From an uncultured Spirochaetaceae bacterium (GTDB lineage: Bacteria > Spirochaetota > Spirochaetia > Sphaerochaetales > Sphaerochaetaceae): a stretch of 64,000 bases of DNA. Every line of letters begins with the position of its first letter. Position 1 is the first letter of the stretch. This document shows, in pieces, positions 38,361-47,891 of this stretch. Position numbers and translations under genes: made by a program. The DNA lies in NCBI GenBank assembly GCA_964453215.1, contig CAYVRR010000003.1, positions 8,655 through 72,654 of the forward strand, given 5' to 3'. The notes beneath the pieces were generated by a model. The model did not search any database and was not told the origin of the DNA. It was given only the letters and a program-made list of their open reading frames with translations.

Positions 38361-39389
38361 TTATTCTCCTTGTGCCGTAGATGGGCTATTTATTTTTAAT
38401 TTGATTAACTTTTTCTCATTATATTTGTGAATGGTGAAGTTAAGTGTCATAACAAAAAGGAGTGCAAATCCCCATATGAATTTTCTAAAGAATGGGCTAA
38501 ATGCAAGAATATTAAATCCACTTTGAGTAATCTGTAGGATAAATATTGCCATAACTACTCCTGGAATATTTCCAAATCCCCCATCAGGATCGATACCACC
38601 AAGTACAACTACAAGAATTGCTTGAAGTATATATGCAGTTCCATATCCTGGTCGCATCGAATTCGCTCTGCTTGCCATAATAACTGCTGCAATTCCTGCA
38701 AGGATAGCTGTTATCATATAGGTTCTTATGAGTACTTTTGTATTATTAACTCCACTAAATCGTGAAACAACTGGGCTACTACCTATCATAAACATTTTAA
38801 AGCCTTGTCGAGTTCTTGTTAATATGATGTGTACTGCAATAGAGGCAAGGACGAATAGAATAAAGCTTATTGGTAGACCTAAAAAGCTACTATTTCCTAT
38901 TGTAAGAAAAAGTTCTGGAAATCCACTGATGCTATACCCTTTTGTAACTACGATTGCCAGGCCCATAAACAAACCTTGTGTTCCAAGGGTTGCAAGAATG
39001 GGTGGAACTCCAATTTTAGCAATGAGTAATCCGTTCATGAGACCACACAAAGCTGCGATGGATACTGTTGCCACAATAGCAATTATGATGGTAAGGGAGG
39101 TTGGTAATCCTGTAACTTTTGTAAGGATAAGGGCAGCAATAACTCCAGTGAAGTTAGCAATAGAAACAATAGAGAGGTCAATCCCCCCTGTAATCATTGC
39201 GAGCATCATTGCAAGGGCAAGAAACCCAAACTCTGGGAATTGAGAGGCCATTGATCCAAGATTAGCTGCTGTAAAGAATTTACCAGGTAAGAGAATCAGC
39301 ATGATAAAAAGGATTCCTACTAATATGATAAACAGCGTGCGATTTTTTGGATTTGTAAACCCTTTTTTTAGTATGTGTAATATATTCAT
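38361..39389 (-). CDS. Sugar ABC transporter permease (RbsC/CUT2 type)
   Basis: About 9-10 hydrophobic segments. Same family as its neighbour. Confidence 0.8.
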   Translation of the reverse strand: MNILHILKKGFTNPKNRTLFIILVGILFIMLILLPGKFFTAANLGSMASQFPEFGFLALAMMLAMITGGIDLSIVSIANFTGVIAALILTKVTGLPTSLTIIIAIVATVSIAALCGLMNGLLIAKIGVPPILATLGTQGLFMGLAIVVTKGYSISGFPELFLTIGNSSFLGLPISFILFVLASIAVHIILTRTRQGFKMFMIGSSPVVSRFSGVNNTKVLIRTYMITAILAGIAAVIMASRANSMRPGYGTAYILQAILVVVLGGIDPDGGFGNIPGVVMAIFILQITQSGFNILAFSPFFRKFIWGFALLFVMTLNFTIHKYNEKKLIKLKINSPSTAQGE

Positions 39390-39403
39390 ATTTTTAATCC
39401 TTT

Positions 39404-40405
39404 TTAAACTTTCGAGGTTCGTTTTTGACGATAATTAGCTTGCGCATACGTAAATGTAACTCCAAGTACTATAATCGCCCCGATAAATAATTCTTGCCAA
39501 TAGGAGGATAGACCCATTAATATGAGGTTTTTTTGTAGTAATGTGATGAGTGTAACTCCAATTAATGTACCAGTAATGGTTCCAGAGCCACCACTAATTC
39601 GAGCTCCCCCTAGCACAACTGCTGCAATAACACCAAGTTCTGTTCCAACTAAATAGTTAGGATTGCTATATCTGATGAGGGATAAATGTAATACCCCTAC
39701 TACTCCTGATAAGAGGCCAGCATAACAGTAGACAAAAAATTGTATCGCTCGAATGTTATAGCCAGTTCTTTTTGCTGCTTCCATGTTTCCACCAATAGCA
39801 TAAATTCCTCTCCCTATCATTGTGTACTTTAAGATAAACCATGTGAGGATAACAAAAAATACTAAGAATAAGAAGAATACAGATAGTCCATATGTAGACC
39901 CATCAGCTTTAGTTAAGGTAAGAATATCTAGTTTGCCAAGAACTTTGAAACATTCAGGAAGAGATCCAATGTTTACAGCTTTCGTTCCAAAGAACTCAAG
40001 CATGAGTCCATGGTATAAGCTACTTGTCCCAAGTGTTGTAATTAAAGTTGGAAGTTTAAAATAGGAGATAAACAGGGCGTTTATTGCTCCTAGCATAATA
40101 CCTAATCCAGTTGAAATTGCAAATGCAAGGGCAATACTATCTATTCCACTGCGGATGAGAATATTTACTGAAATATATTGGCCGATGATTGCAATAGTAG
40201 TAAATGATACATCAACTCCACCTGAAAGTAATACTACAAAGACGCTTAATGCTAGAATAGCTGTTCCGCTACTACTTTTTAATAGGTCAAAAAGGTTCTC
40301 TAGTGTAAAAAACACTGGATTTATTATTGTTAATGCAACAACGAATGCAATTACTACCATGAGGATATATGTTTCATTGTGTGAAAATATTTTTTTTAAG
40401 TTCAT
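39404..40405 (-). CDS. Sugar ABC transporter permease (RbsC/CUT2 type)
   Basis: Polytopic membrane protein. 4-nt overlap with the ATPase gene. Confidence 0.8.
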   Translation of the reverse strand: MNLKKIFSHNETYILMVVIAFVVALTIINPVFFTLENLFDLLKSSSGTAILALSVFVVLLSGGVDVSFTTIAIIGQYISVNILIRSGIDSIALAFAISTGLGIMLGAINALFISYFKLPTLITTLGTSSLYHGLMLEFFGTKAVNIGSLPECFKVLGKLDILTLTKADGSTYGLSVFFLFLVFFVILTWFILKYTMIGRGIYAIGGNMEAAKRTGYNIRAIQFFVYCYAGLLSGVVGVLHLSLIRYSNPNYLVGTELGVIAAVVLGGARISGGSGTITGTLIGVTLITLLQKNLILMGLSSYWQELFIGAIIVLGVTFTYAQANYRQKRTSKV

Positions 40406-41925
40406 AGTTTCGCCTTTGTCTTTCTAGATTCTGTAATAATTTCATAGACTAGTTCTGCATTAGTCTCTTCAACGTTGGTAATTTCAGTAATAATTTCCCC
40501 TTTTGACATGACAAGGATTCGGTTACAGTTATCGAGTACTTCCTGAATTTCATCAGATATCATGATGATTCCCATTCCTGTCTCTGCGAGGTCTCTTATT
40601 ATTTTATGTATAGTATTTTTTGAACCTATATCTATTCCAATAGTTGGTCCGTCAAGAATAAACACTTTTGGGTTTGTAGCAAGCCATTTAGCAAGTGCAA
40701 CTCTTTGTTGATTTCCACCAGAGAGGCTATTAACTGGATTAGCTCCATCAGGAGTTTTGATGCTTAACGAATTTATCCATTCTTCACTTTTTTGCATTCT
40801 CTTTTGTGAATTAATAAGACCTGATTTTTCGACTAATTCATCTAACACTGTAATTACTATATTATCATTAATTGATTGATACTGAAAAAGTCCCTGATTT
40901 ATTCTATCTTCTGGTAATAGTGCAATTCCTTCGGTAATGCTATCCATTACTTTGTTATTGACGAGTTCTTTTCCATTAATATAAATTTTTCCACTATCAC
41001 TTGGGTTTAATCCAAATATAGATTGTGCAACCTCTGTCCTCCCAGATCCTATTAAGCCTGTAATCCCGAGGATTTCACCAGGTTGTAACTGAAACGAGAT
41101 GTTTTTGAATTGATTCATTTTTGAAAGAGATTGGACATCTAATAAAGGTGTTTTAGTAGCTTGCTTTGTGTTGTAGATATATGGCTCTGATTCTAACTTT
41201 CTTCCTGTCATGAGGAATACAAGCTTTTCTTGATTGAGTTCACTTACAGGATATGTTCCTACCATTTTACCATCACGAATAATAGTAAGTTCTTCTGAGA
41301 TTTCAAAGACTTCAGTAAGTTTATGGCTTACGAAAAGGGTGCTAATTCCTTTTTTCTTTAATTTTTGAATGATTGTAAATAGATGGTCAACTTCCTCTCT
41401 TGTTATAGCAGAGGTAGCTTCATCCATAATAATGAGTTTAGCATTTTGAGTAAGTGCACGAGAGATGGCTATGATTTGTTTAGTTGCCATAGAGAGGTTT
41501 TCTACTCGTTCATTGAGATCTATATCAGTTTCACCAATTTCTTCTAAGGCAGCTTGTGCATTTTGATGTATTTTTTTCCAACTCACTTTTTGTTGGTTAC
41601 TTTCGAGCATCTGATTTATTGAGATGTTTTCTGCAACACTAAGATTTGGAAAGAGTGATAAATCTTGATAAATTATCTGAACTCCTGCACGAATTGATTC
41701 TATAGCTTTTGACCCCTGTAGATCTTTTCCCAAAATGGATACTGTTCCAGAATCAGCTTTTAATACGCCACCTATAATTTTAATCAAGGTTGACTTTCCT
41801 GACCCATTTTCACCTATAAGACAATGAATTTGTCCCTTCCCTATCGAAACACTCACATCATCTAGTGCTTTAACCCCTACAAAGGATTTGCAGATGTGCT
41901 TTGCTTCCAAAAATACTTCACTCAT
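40402..41925 (-). CDS. Sugar ABC transporter ATP-binding protein with fused tandem NBDs (CUT2)
   Basis: GENGSGKST Walker A, LSGGNQQRV signature, 507 aa with two NBDs. Confidence 0.9.
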   Translation of the reverse strand: MSEVFLEAKHICKSFVGVKALDDVSVSIGKGQIHCLIGENGSGKSTLIKIIGGVLKADSGTVSILGKDLQGSKAIESIRAGVQIIYQDLSLFPNLSVAENISINQMLESNQQKVSWKKIHQNAQAALEEIGETDIDLNERVENLSMATKQIIAISRALTQNAKLIIMDEATSAITREEVDHLFTIIQKLKKKGISTLFVSHKLTEVFEISEELTIIRDGKMVGTYPVSELNQEKLVFLMTGRKLESEPYIYNTKQATKTPLLDVQSLSKMNQFKNISFQLQPGEILGITGLIGSGRTEVAQSIFGLNPSDSGKIYINGKELVNNKVMDSITEGIALLPEDRINQGLFQYQSINDNIVITVLDELVEKSGLINSQKRMQKSEEWINSLSIKTPDGANPVNSLSGGNQQRVALAKWLATNPKVFILDGPTIGIDIGSKNTIHKIIRDLAETGMGIIMISDEIQEVLDNCNRILVMSKGEIITEITNVEETNAELVYEIITESRKTKAKL

Positions 41926-41974
41926 TTGGTCTCCTAAATAATTCTAACTTAATCTTGCTGTGATTACGTACCTA

Positions 41975-42003
41975 AGAAGGAGACCTGTAATAGATCTCCT
42001 TCT
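41975..42003 (-). other. Intercistronic stem-loop between the binding-protein and ATPase genes
   Basis: 9-bp stem AGAAGGAGA / TCTCCTTCT with an 11-nt loop and no T-run. Placement is typical of binding-protein mRNA-stabilising hairpins. Confidence 0.4.
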
Positions 42004-42024
42004 GTGTGTGTTACATCAAAGAAA

Positions 42025-43068
42025 TTAGAGCTTGTAGCTGCCGTCAGCATTGGTCCAATCACTAAGGTTTTCTTTTGTTACGTCAACCCAAGCTTGGCCA
42101 TAGACAACTGGTACACCAGAAGCATTTTTCTTAATTGTTATATTTCTATAACCATCAACACCTAAATCTGTTCCATCTTTGATTTCGATACCATTAAGCA
42201 TATTGTATGCAAGTTTAGCAGTTGCATAGGCAGCATCAGCTGGTACCCAGAAGTGGATTGATTGTGCAGCACCAGATTTGAGGTAATCACCTGCAACTGA
42301 TGGTAAGCATGTACCAAATGCAGCAACTTTACCAATTAAATTTTTCTCTTCAATTGCTGCAGCTGCGCCAGGAACAGTACTCATCGCACTACCCATGATA
42401 GCTTTTAAGTTTGGATTCTTTTTAATTACTTCAAGGGTTCTTTCATAAGCAATCTGCTGGTTTTCTTGGTCTTCTTCTCTGCTTGAAGGTCTAACAAGTT
42501 TTGGATACTTTTCATTCATTTGTGCAATTTCACCATCGACCCATTCGTTGTGGGTTGGACTTGTTAAGAATCCAACAAATGGTTGCCATACACCTTCATA
42601 ATTCATCCATTGGGCCATTACGTCCATCATGTGACGACCATATGCTCGGTTATCAAATGCTTCTAGGTCATAATTAACTGACTTTTGGTTTGAAGCTTCG
42701 TGAGTGAATGTAAGAATTCCTGCTTCAGCAGCTTTCTTAAATGCAGGCACGAGTGATTCTGGGTCATTAGGTACTACAAGTATAGCATCTACACCCTTAG
42801 CAATGAGGTCATTAACTAAGGCTACTTGAGCTGCTGGGTCTGCTGTGTCAGCACCAATTTGGTAAGCAATTACATCTGGATGGTCAGCTGCAAATTTTTC
42901 AATACCAACACGTGTGCTATCAAACCATGCAACACCTTCTAGTTTTACTACCATTACAATTTCGAACTTATCATCTTTTGCTTGATCAGCTTCTTTTGAA
43001 CCTGCTGCAAAAGCTACAGACGATAATAGTAGCATCAGTACTAATACTGAAGCAATCATTTTCTTCAT
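42025..43068 (-). CDS. Periplasmic sugar-binding protein (type I, LsrB/RhaS/RbsB-like)
   Basis: Signal peptide MKKMIASVLVLMLLLSSVAFA. The GVAWFDS...DAILVVPNDP layout resembles LsrB/rhamnose-type binding proteins. Confidence 0.8.
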   Translation of the reverse strand: MKKMIASVLVLMLLLSSVAFAAGSKEADQAKDDKFEIVMVVKLEGVAWFDSTRVGIEKFAADHPDVIAYQIGADTADPAAQVALVNDLIAKGVDAILVVPNDPESLVPAFKKAAEAGILTFTHEASNQKSVNYDLEAFDNRAYGRHMMDVMAQWMNYEGVWQPFVGFLTSPTHNEWVDGEIAQMNEKYPKLVRPSSREEDQENQQIAYERTLEVIKKNPNLKAIMGSAMSTVPGAAAAIEEKNLIGKVAAFGTCLPSVAGDYLKSGAAQSIHFWVPADAAYATAKLAYNMLNGIEIKDGTDLGVDGYRNITIKKNASGVPVVYGQAWVDVTKENLSDWTNADGSYKL

Positions 43069-43988
43069 AAGACACCCTCCCTAATAAATGTGGAACCACG
43101 ATGTGGTTATAAAATTGTTTAGAGAATTATTCTCTACTTGTTTTAGTATCATCTACTTTGTTGAGTTTGTCAAACGAAAATTTTATATAAATATTTGATA
43201 CAATTGTAAAACTAATTTGTAATATCGTAACACCTGATTAAATTTATCTGCAATATTTGTTGTTTATGCATAATACTATTCTAAAATACTACTAGAATAT
43301 GATACTTATTTTAGTAAAATATTTTTATATACGACTCTATATTTTATTGATGTGTATCGTGATGGAAGGGGATAAGTTCTGGTATGTGATATGTTCGCTT
43401 TCCATTCTAAATGTGTTCTTTTAATCCATTTTAGGGATAATACAAGAGGTACTATTCCACGATGTACATACGTATTATGTAGTAAGGGGCTACTTCTAAA
43501 TATTCTCTATGTGGTTTTATGTAAACAACTTAATTACCTAGTAGCATGATACAGATATTATTTTATTATCCGTATTGTTACTAAAAGAAAAATATATGTT
43601 GAGATGAATTAATTGTGGTTTTTCTTAATTTTCATGTTCTAATATAGTAATAAAAACTAAAAATCATAACCGATTCATAATAGATTCATTTTTATTTAGT
43701 GATAAGATACTGCAATACATACATCTATGATGATGCAGTTTTGTGTAAGTTACATTAAAGTAATGATTTATTTCTTAAATCATCTCTTTATTGTTTGTGA
43801 TAATAGTTTTATTCGACATATATAGCAGCTTTTCTTATCAGTTAATTTTTCTTTTATCGCTACATGATATTGTTGCAATATCCTATGTATAGTGAATAAG
43901 GGGTAATATCTAGTCATATTTTATTTAAAATTTAGTTCTTGTTTTATAAGAAAGTATCATGTATGCTGATTTCTAGGAATAATAAAGT

Positions 43989-45032
43989 ATGATGAATAAA
44001 GAGCGTGTTATCACTATAAAAGATATTGCAAAAAAAGCTGGAGTTTCAATTTCAGCTGTTTCACTCGCACTAAATGATAAACCAGGTGTAAGTAAGGAGA
44101 CAAAGCAGAAGATTCTTACGATTTGTTCATCCCTTGGATATAGTGGAAAAAGTGAAAAGAAGAGCTCATATTCTAAAAAGATTGTAAAAGTTTTAAAAAT
44201 TCTTCGTCATGGTAAAACAATTAACAACAATCATAGTGTATTTATTGATACATATATTGATGGAATTAACTCTGGAGCAAAAGAAGTTGGAATTCACCTT
44301 GAAATAGGAACCTACGATCAACATGTTCTTTTATCTACCCTTAATGAGCACATTCTCGAAGATACCCATGTTTTTGGTTATTTGGTTATTGCTACAGAAT
44401 TGAGCGATCGTGATATTTTAGATCTTCTTTCTACAAACAAACCAATGGTATTCATCGATACTTTGAAAAAGAGTATTTTAGCAGATTTTGTAGTGATGAA
44501 TAATTTTGATGGTATTCATACGATTATTTCAGACCTTGTCGCTAAGGGGCATAAAGAGATTGGAATGGTAACGAGTTCTGTTCCAACAGAGAATTTCCAT
44601 GATAGAGAAGAAGCTTTTCATAGTGTAATGAAGATGGTTAATCTTGAAATCAAGAGTCAGTTTATCATTGATGTTGATTCAACTTTCACTGGAGCATATG
44701 AGGGTATGACTTCTTTTTTAATGAATCACCCCCCCCTCCCTACTGCATTTTTGGCGGTAAATGATATTGTAGCTTTAGGTTGTATGAAAGCGTTACAAGA
44801 GAATGGATATCATATTCCAGATGATGTTTCTATCATTGCGTTTGATAATCTTCCTATGGCGTCAATGAGTAACCCACCCCTCACAACGATTGATGTTTCT
44901 AAACATGAGATGGGTAAGCAAGCTCTTCGATTATTACTTCAGAAGGTTGATGCTGTAAAACCATTGCCTCCGATGAAGCTATTAGTAGGTGGATTTCTTG
45001 TAGAGAGGGAGAGTGTGAAAACACTTTTATAA
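43989..45032 (+). CDS. LacI-family transcriptional regulator
   Basis: N-terminal HTH ITIKDIAKKAGVSISAVSLALND and a periplasmic-binding-protein-like effector domain. Confidence 0.85.
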   Translation: MMNKERVITIKDIAKKAGVSISAVSLALNDKPGVSKETKQKILTICSSLGYSGKSEKKSSYSKKIVKVLKILRHGKTINNNHSVFIDTYIDGINSGAKEVGIHLEIGTYDQHVLLSTLNEHILEDTHVFGYLVIATELSDRDILDLLSTNKPMVFIDTLKKSILADFVVMNNFDGIHTIISDLVAKGHKEIGMVTSSVPTENFHDREEAFHSVMKMVNLEIKSQFIIDVDSTFTGAYEGMTSFLMNHPPLPTAFLAVNDIVALGCMKALQENGYHIPDDVSIIAFDNLPMASMSNPPLTTIDVSKHEMGKQALRLLLQKVDAVKPLPPMKLLVGGFLVERESVKTLL

Positions 45033-45115
45033 ATTATAGTTTTCTTATGAAATGGTAATGAGGTGCCTCTATTTACAAATATGTGACTAATATATTGATG
45101 AAAACCTTTATTATA

Positions 45116-45144
45116 TTGACACCAAAAACAAAGGTGTGTACTAT
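45116..45144 (+). promoter_or_regulatory. Candidate sigma70-type promoter about 215 nt upstream of dxr
   Basis: TTGACA, 17 nt, TACTAT. Confidence 0.35.
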
Positions 45145-45177
45145 TAAACTTAACAGATACTTAGGCTTCCTTCCATG

Positions 45178-45200
45178 CCTGAATTTTTTTCGAATTCAGG
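45178..45200 (+). other. Perfect 8-bp hairpin in the putative dxr leader
   Basis: CCTGAATT - TTTTTCG - AATTCAGG. No downstream T-run. Confidence 0.35.
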
Positions 45201-45358
45201 TAAAGTCAAGTAAATACATGATGGAGAATGTTCAGAGAAAGACGAAGAAAATTAGATAATTAATGGTACATGTTTCATGTAAATGTCTATCATATCTTTC
45301 TTTGGTACCTGTTCTCTTACTATTTATCATGTGTGATATCTAGATTTTGGAGGGATGC

Positions 45359-46540
45359 ATGCAAGCTAGCGCACATAAAAAGCAGAGAGTAATTTTATTA
45401 GGTTGTTCAGGTAGTATCGGTTCTACCGCTCTTCAAGGGCTTGAAATGGCTCGAGATCAGTTTGAGGTTGTTGCTATCTCTGTTCACAAGAACACGAAGC
45501 GTCTTGTTGAAGTTGCGAAGTCTTGGAATGTTACTAACATCTGTATTACTTCCTATAATTACAATCCTCATGATTTAATAGAGATTTCTGATTATACGAG
45601 GTTATATACTGGTGAAGATGGTCTTTTAAAGATGATTCAGGATACAGAAGCTGATGTTGTATTAAATGGTATTTCAGGTTCAGCTGGACTTATTCCCACT
45701 TTTATTGCGATAGAGAATCATAAAAATGTTGCCCTCGCAAATAAAGAGAGTATTGTTATGTCAGGAAAGCTTTTGATGAAAAAAGCAAAGGAGAACAACT
45801 GTACTCTTCTTTTTGTTGACTCTGAACATTATGCTCTTCAACAGCTTGTACAAGCTCACGAGTTAGATCAAGTCGAGAGACTTATCTTAACTGCATCAGG
45901 GGGCCCTTTTCGTAATCACTCTCTTGATGAGATGTCCCACATTACTCCTGAAATGGCAACAAATCATCCTACTTGGAAAATGGGGCCAAAAATTTCTGTT
46001 GATTCAGCGACTCTTGCGAACAAGGGGCTTGAGGTGATTGAAGCCTCCTATTTGTTTAATTTCCCCCCTTCCCACATCGATGTTATTATCCATCATCAAA
46101 GTATTATCCATTCTATGGTATTATTAAAATCAGGTGCGATATATTCTCAAATGTCTCCACCTGATATGACTCTCCCTATTCTTGATTCATTAAGTAATGG
46201 GCACATTAAGGTTGAAAATATTGTGAGGCCGCTTGATTTTTCTCATCTCACTCTTACGTTCCAACAATATGATAAGACTCGTTTCCCTATGTTGCACTAT
46301 GCATATACCTGTGCCCACCAGCAAGGTTCATACCCTATTGCATATAATAGAGCGAATGAAGATGCGGTAAACTTATTCATTGATAATAAAATTGATTTTC
46401 TTTCTATCAGTAAAATAGTTGATGAAGTGCTACAAAAGGATCACTCATTTACACCTACATCATTAGATGAAATAATTCAAATCGATGCACTTATTCATCG
46501 ACGTGTTGTAGAAACATCAAAGAGGTATATTCTTGAATAG
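45359..46540 (+). CDS. dxr: 1-deoxy-D-xylulose 5-phosphate reductoisomerase
   Basis: LLGCSGSIGSTAL NADPH site and LANKESIV block. The ATG at 45359 follows GGAGGG. Confidence 0.9.
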   Translation: MQASAHKKQRVILLGCSGSIGSTALQGLEMARDQFEVVAISVHKNTKRLVEVAKSWNVTNICITSYNYNPHDLIEISDYTRLYTGEDGLLKMIQDTEADVVLNGISGSAGLIPTFIAIENHKNVALANKESIVMSGKLLMKKAKENNCTLLFVDSEHYALQQLVQAHELDQVERLILTASGGPFRNHSLDEMSHITPEMATNHPTWKMGPKISVDSATLANKGLEVIEASYLFNFPPSHIDVIIHHQSIIHSMVLLKSGAIYSQMSPPDMTLPILDSLSNGHIKVENIVRPLDFSHLTLTFQQYDKTRFPMLHYAYTCAHQQGSYPIAYNRANEDAVNLFIDNKIDFLSISKIVDEVLQKDHSFTPTSLDEIIQIDALIHRRVVETSKRYILE

Positions 46541-47891
46541 TATGTTCTCCTTTTTAATAGGTTTTGCTTCTATTGCTTTTATGATTACGATTCATGAAAC
46601 TGGTCATTATATTGGAGCTAGAATTGCACATATAGATGTTGAAGTTTTTGCTATTGGCTGGGGTAGAGCAATAAAGAAATGGTATGCTGGTGGTGTAGAG
46701 TATAGGATTAATCTCTTTCTTTTGGGGGGATATTGTAAACTTAAGGGCGCTGATGATTTAATAAGGGCAGTAGAGAATAAAAGTAGTTCTTTTGATAAGA
46801 GTGAACAAGGTTCTTTGTTTACAGCCCACCCTTTTAAACGAATAATTACCTATATGGGGGGGCCTTTTGTAAATCTTTTATTTGCTTTTATCCTTTTTAT
46901 CCCTTTTTTCATGCTTGACTATACTGCCATAAGCAATCCTGCAAAGGTATTACTTACTACTGATTACCCAAGTCTTTATACTGAGATGATCACTAGTGCA
47001 AAAGATGCTGGATTACGTAGTGAAGATGTTATTTTAAGCATTGAGGGGGAAAAAGTTACCTATTTTAGTCAAATTAGTGAATTGGTTAATAAGCACTATA
47101 AAAATAAACCTCTTCAAATCCGTGTGTTACGAAACTCGACTGATGTTCTAACCCTCTCTCTTAACCCCACCTATGATGAATTAAGTGATCGATATATAGT
47201 GGGAGTAACAAGTGCAATCACTCCACTCATTGGGGAAGTAACTCCCCTAACACCAGAACATCTAGTAGGTCTTACCTCTGGTGATACTATTATTCGGGTG
47301 AATGGAGTTGACGTTTTATACACTATTGATGTTATCAACGAACTTGTTACAAGTCCAAATTTTGTAGAATTGGGTGTTATTGATGAAAGTGGTGCAGAAA
47401 GATTAGTCTCCTATTCTCCAGAAAAAGATGGGAAAGGAAATCTAAAAAGTAATATCATCTTTCACACTGATGTGAAGCGTTTTAAGGGACAATCCCTCTT
47501 CTTGTCTATATTTTCATCACTCAAGGAGACTTTTTACTCTATCAAAGAGACTTATCGTCTATTTGGGCAATTGGTGAGGGGAAAGTTTTCTTTTAGTGAT
47601 TCTCTTGCTGGTCCTGTTCGCATTTCGTATATTATTGGGCAGGTTTCTAGCTCTGGTGCAAAATCATTTTTACAGCTATTGGCTATGATTAGTATTTCTC
47701 TTGGTATTGCTAATCTTTTGCCACTCCCAGGTCTTGATGGAGGAGCTATTGTATTAAGTGTAATTGAGCTTATACGGAGAAAATCTTTCTCTCCCCAATT
47801 ATACATTCGTTTTCAAACCTTGGGTGTGGTGTTGTTAGGGATGTTGATGTTGGTAGTTCTTTTTAGTGATGCACGGTTTTTGTTATCTTAA
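46533..47891 (+). CDS. rseP: RIP metalloprotease RseP (M50 site-2 protease)
   Basis: HETGHY (HExxH) in the first TM segment, central PDZ-like region, LPLPGLDGG near the C-terminus. Confidence 0.85.
   Translation: MNSMFSFLIGFASIAFMITIHETGHYIGARIAHIDVEVFAIGWGRAIKKWYAGGVEYRINLFLLGGYCKLKGADDLIRAVENKSSSFDKSEQGSLFTAHPFKRIITYMGGPFVNLLFAFILFIPFFMLDYTAISNPAKVLLTTDYPSLYTEMITSAKDAGLRSEDVILSIEGEKVTYFSQISELVNKHYKNKPLQIRVLRNSTDVLTLSLNPTYDELSDRYIVGVTSAITPLIGEVTPLTPEHLVGLTSGDTIIRVNGVDVLYTIDVINELVTSPNFVELGVIDESGAERLVSYSPEKDGKGNLKSNIIFHTDVKRFKGQSLFLSIFSSLKETFYSIKETYRLFGQLVRGKFSFSDSLAGPVRISYIIGQVSSSGAKSFLQLLAMISISLGIANLLPLPGLDGGAIVLSVIELIRRKSFSPQLYIRFQTLGVVLLGMLMLVVLFSDARFLLS

Noticed and set aside
36708-43068. 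Calling the ABC/SorC/FGGY genes a bona fide Lsr autoinducer-2 uptake system.
   Set aside because: No lsrF or lsrG homologues are present. The SorC regulator and FGGY kinases lie about 13-20 kb from the transporter in other transcription units. The similarity of the binding protein to LsrB is only at family level.
43096-43465. Repeated 9-mer CCACGATGT (43096 and 43457) in the 920-bp spacer as a possible repeat element.
   Set aside because: A single 9-mer recurrence is expected by chance in about 1 kb of biased sequence, and the flanks do not align.
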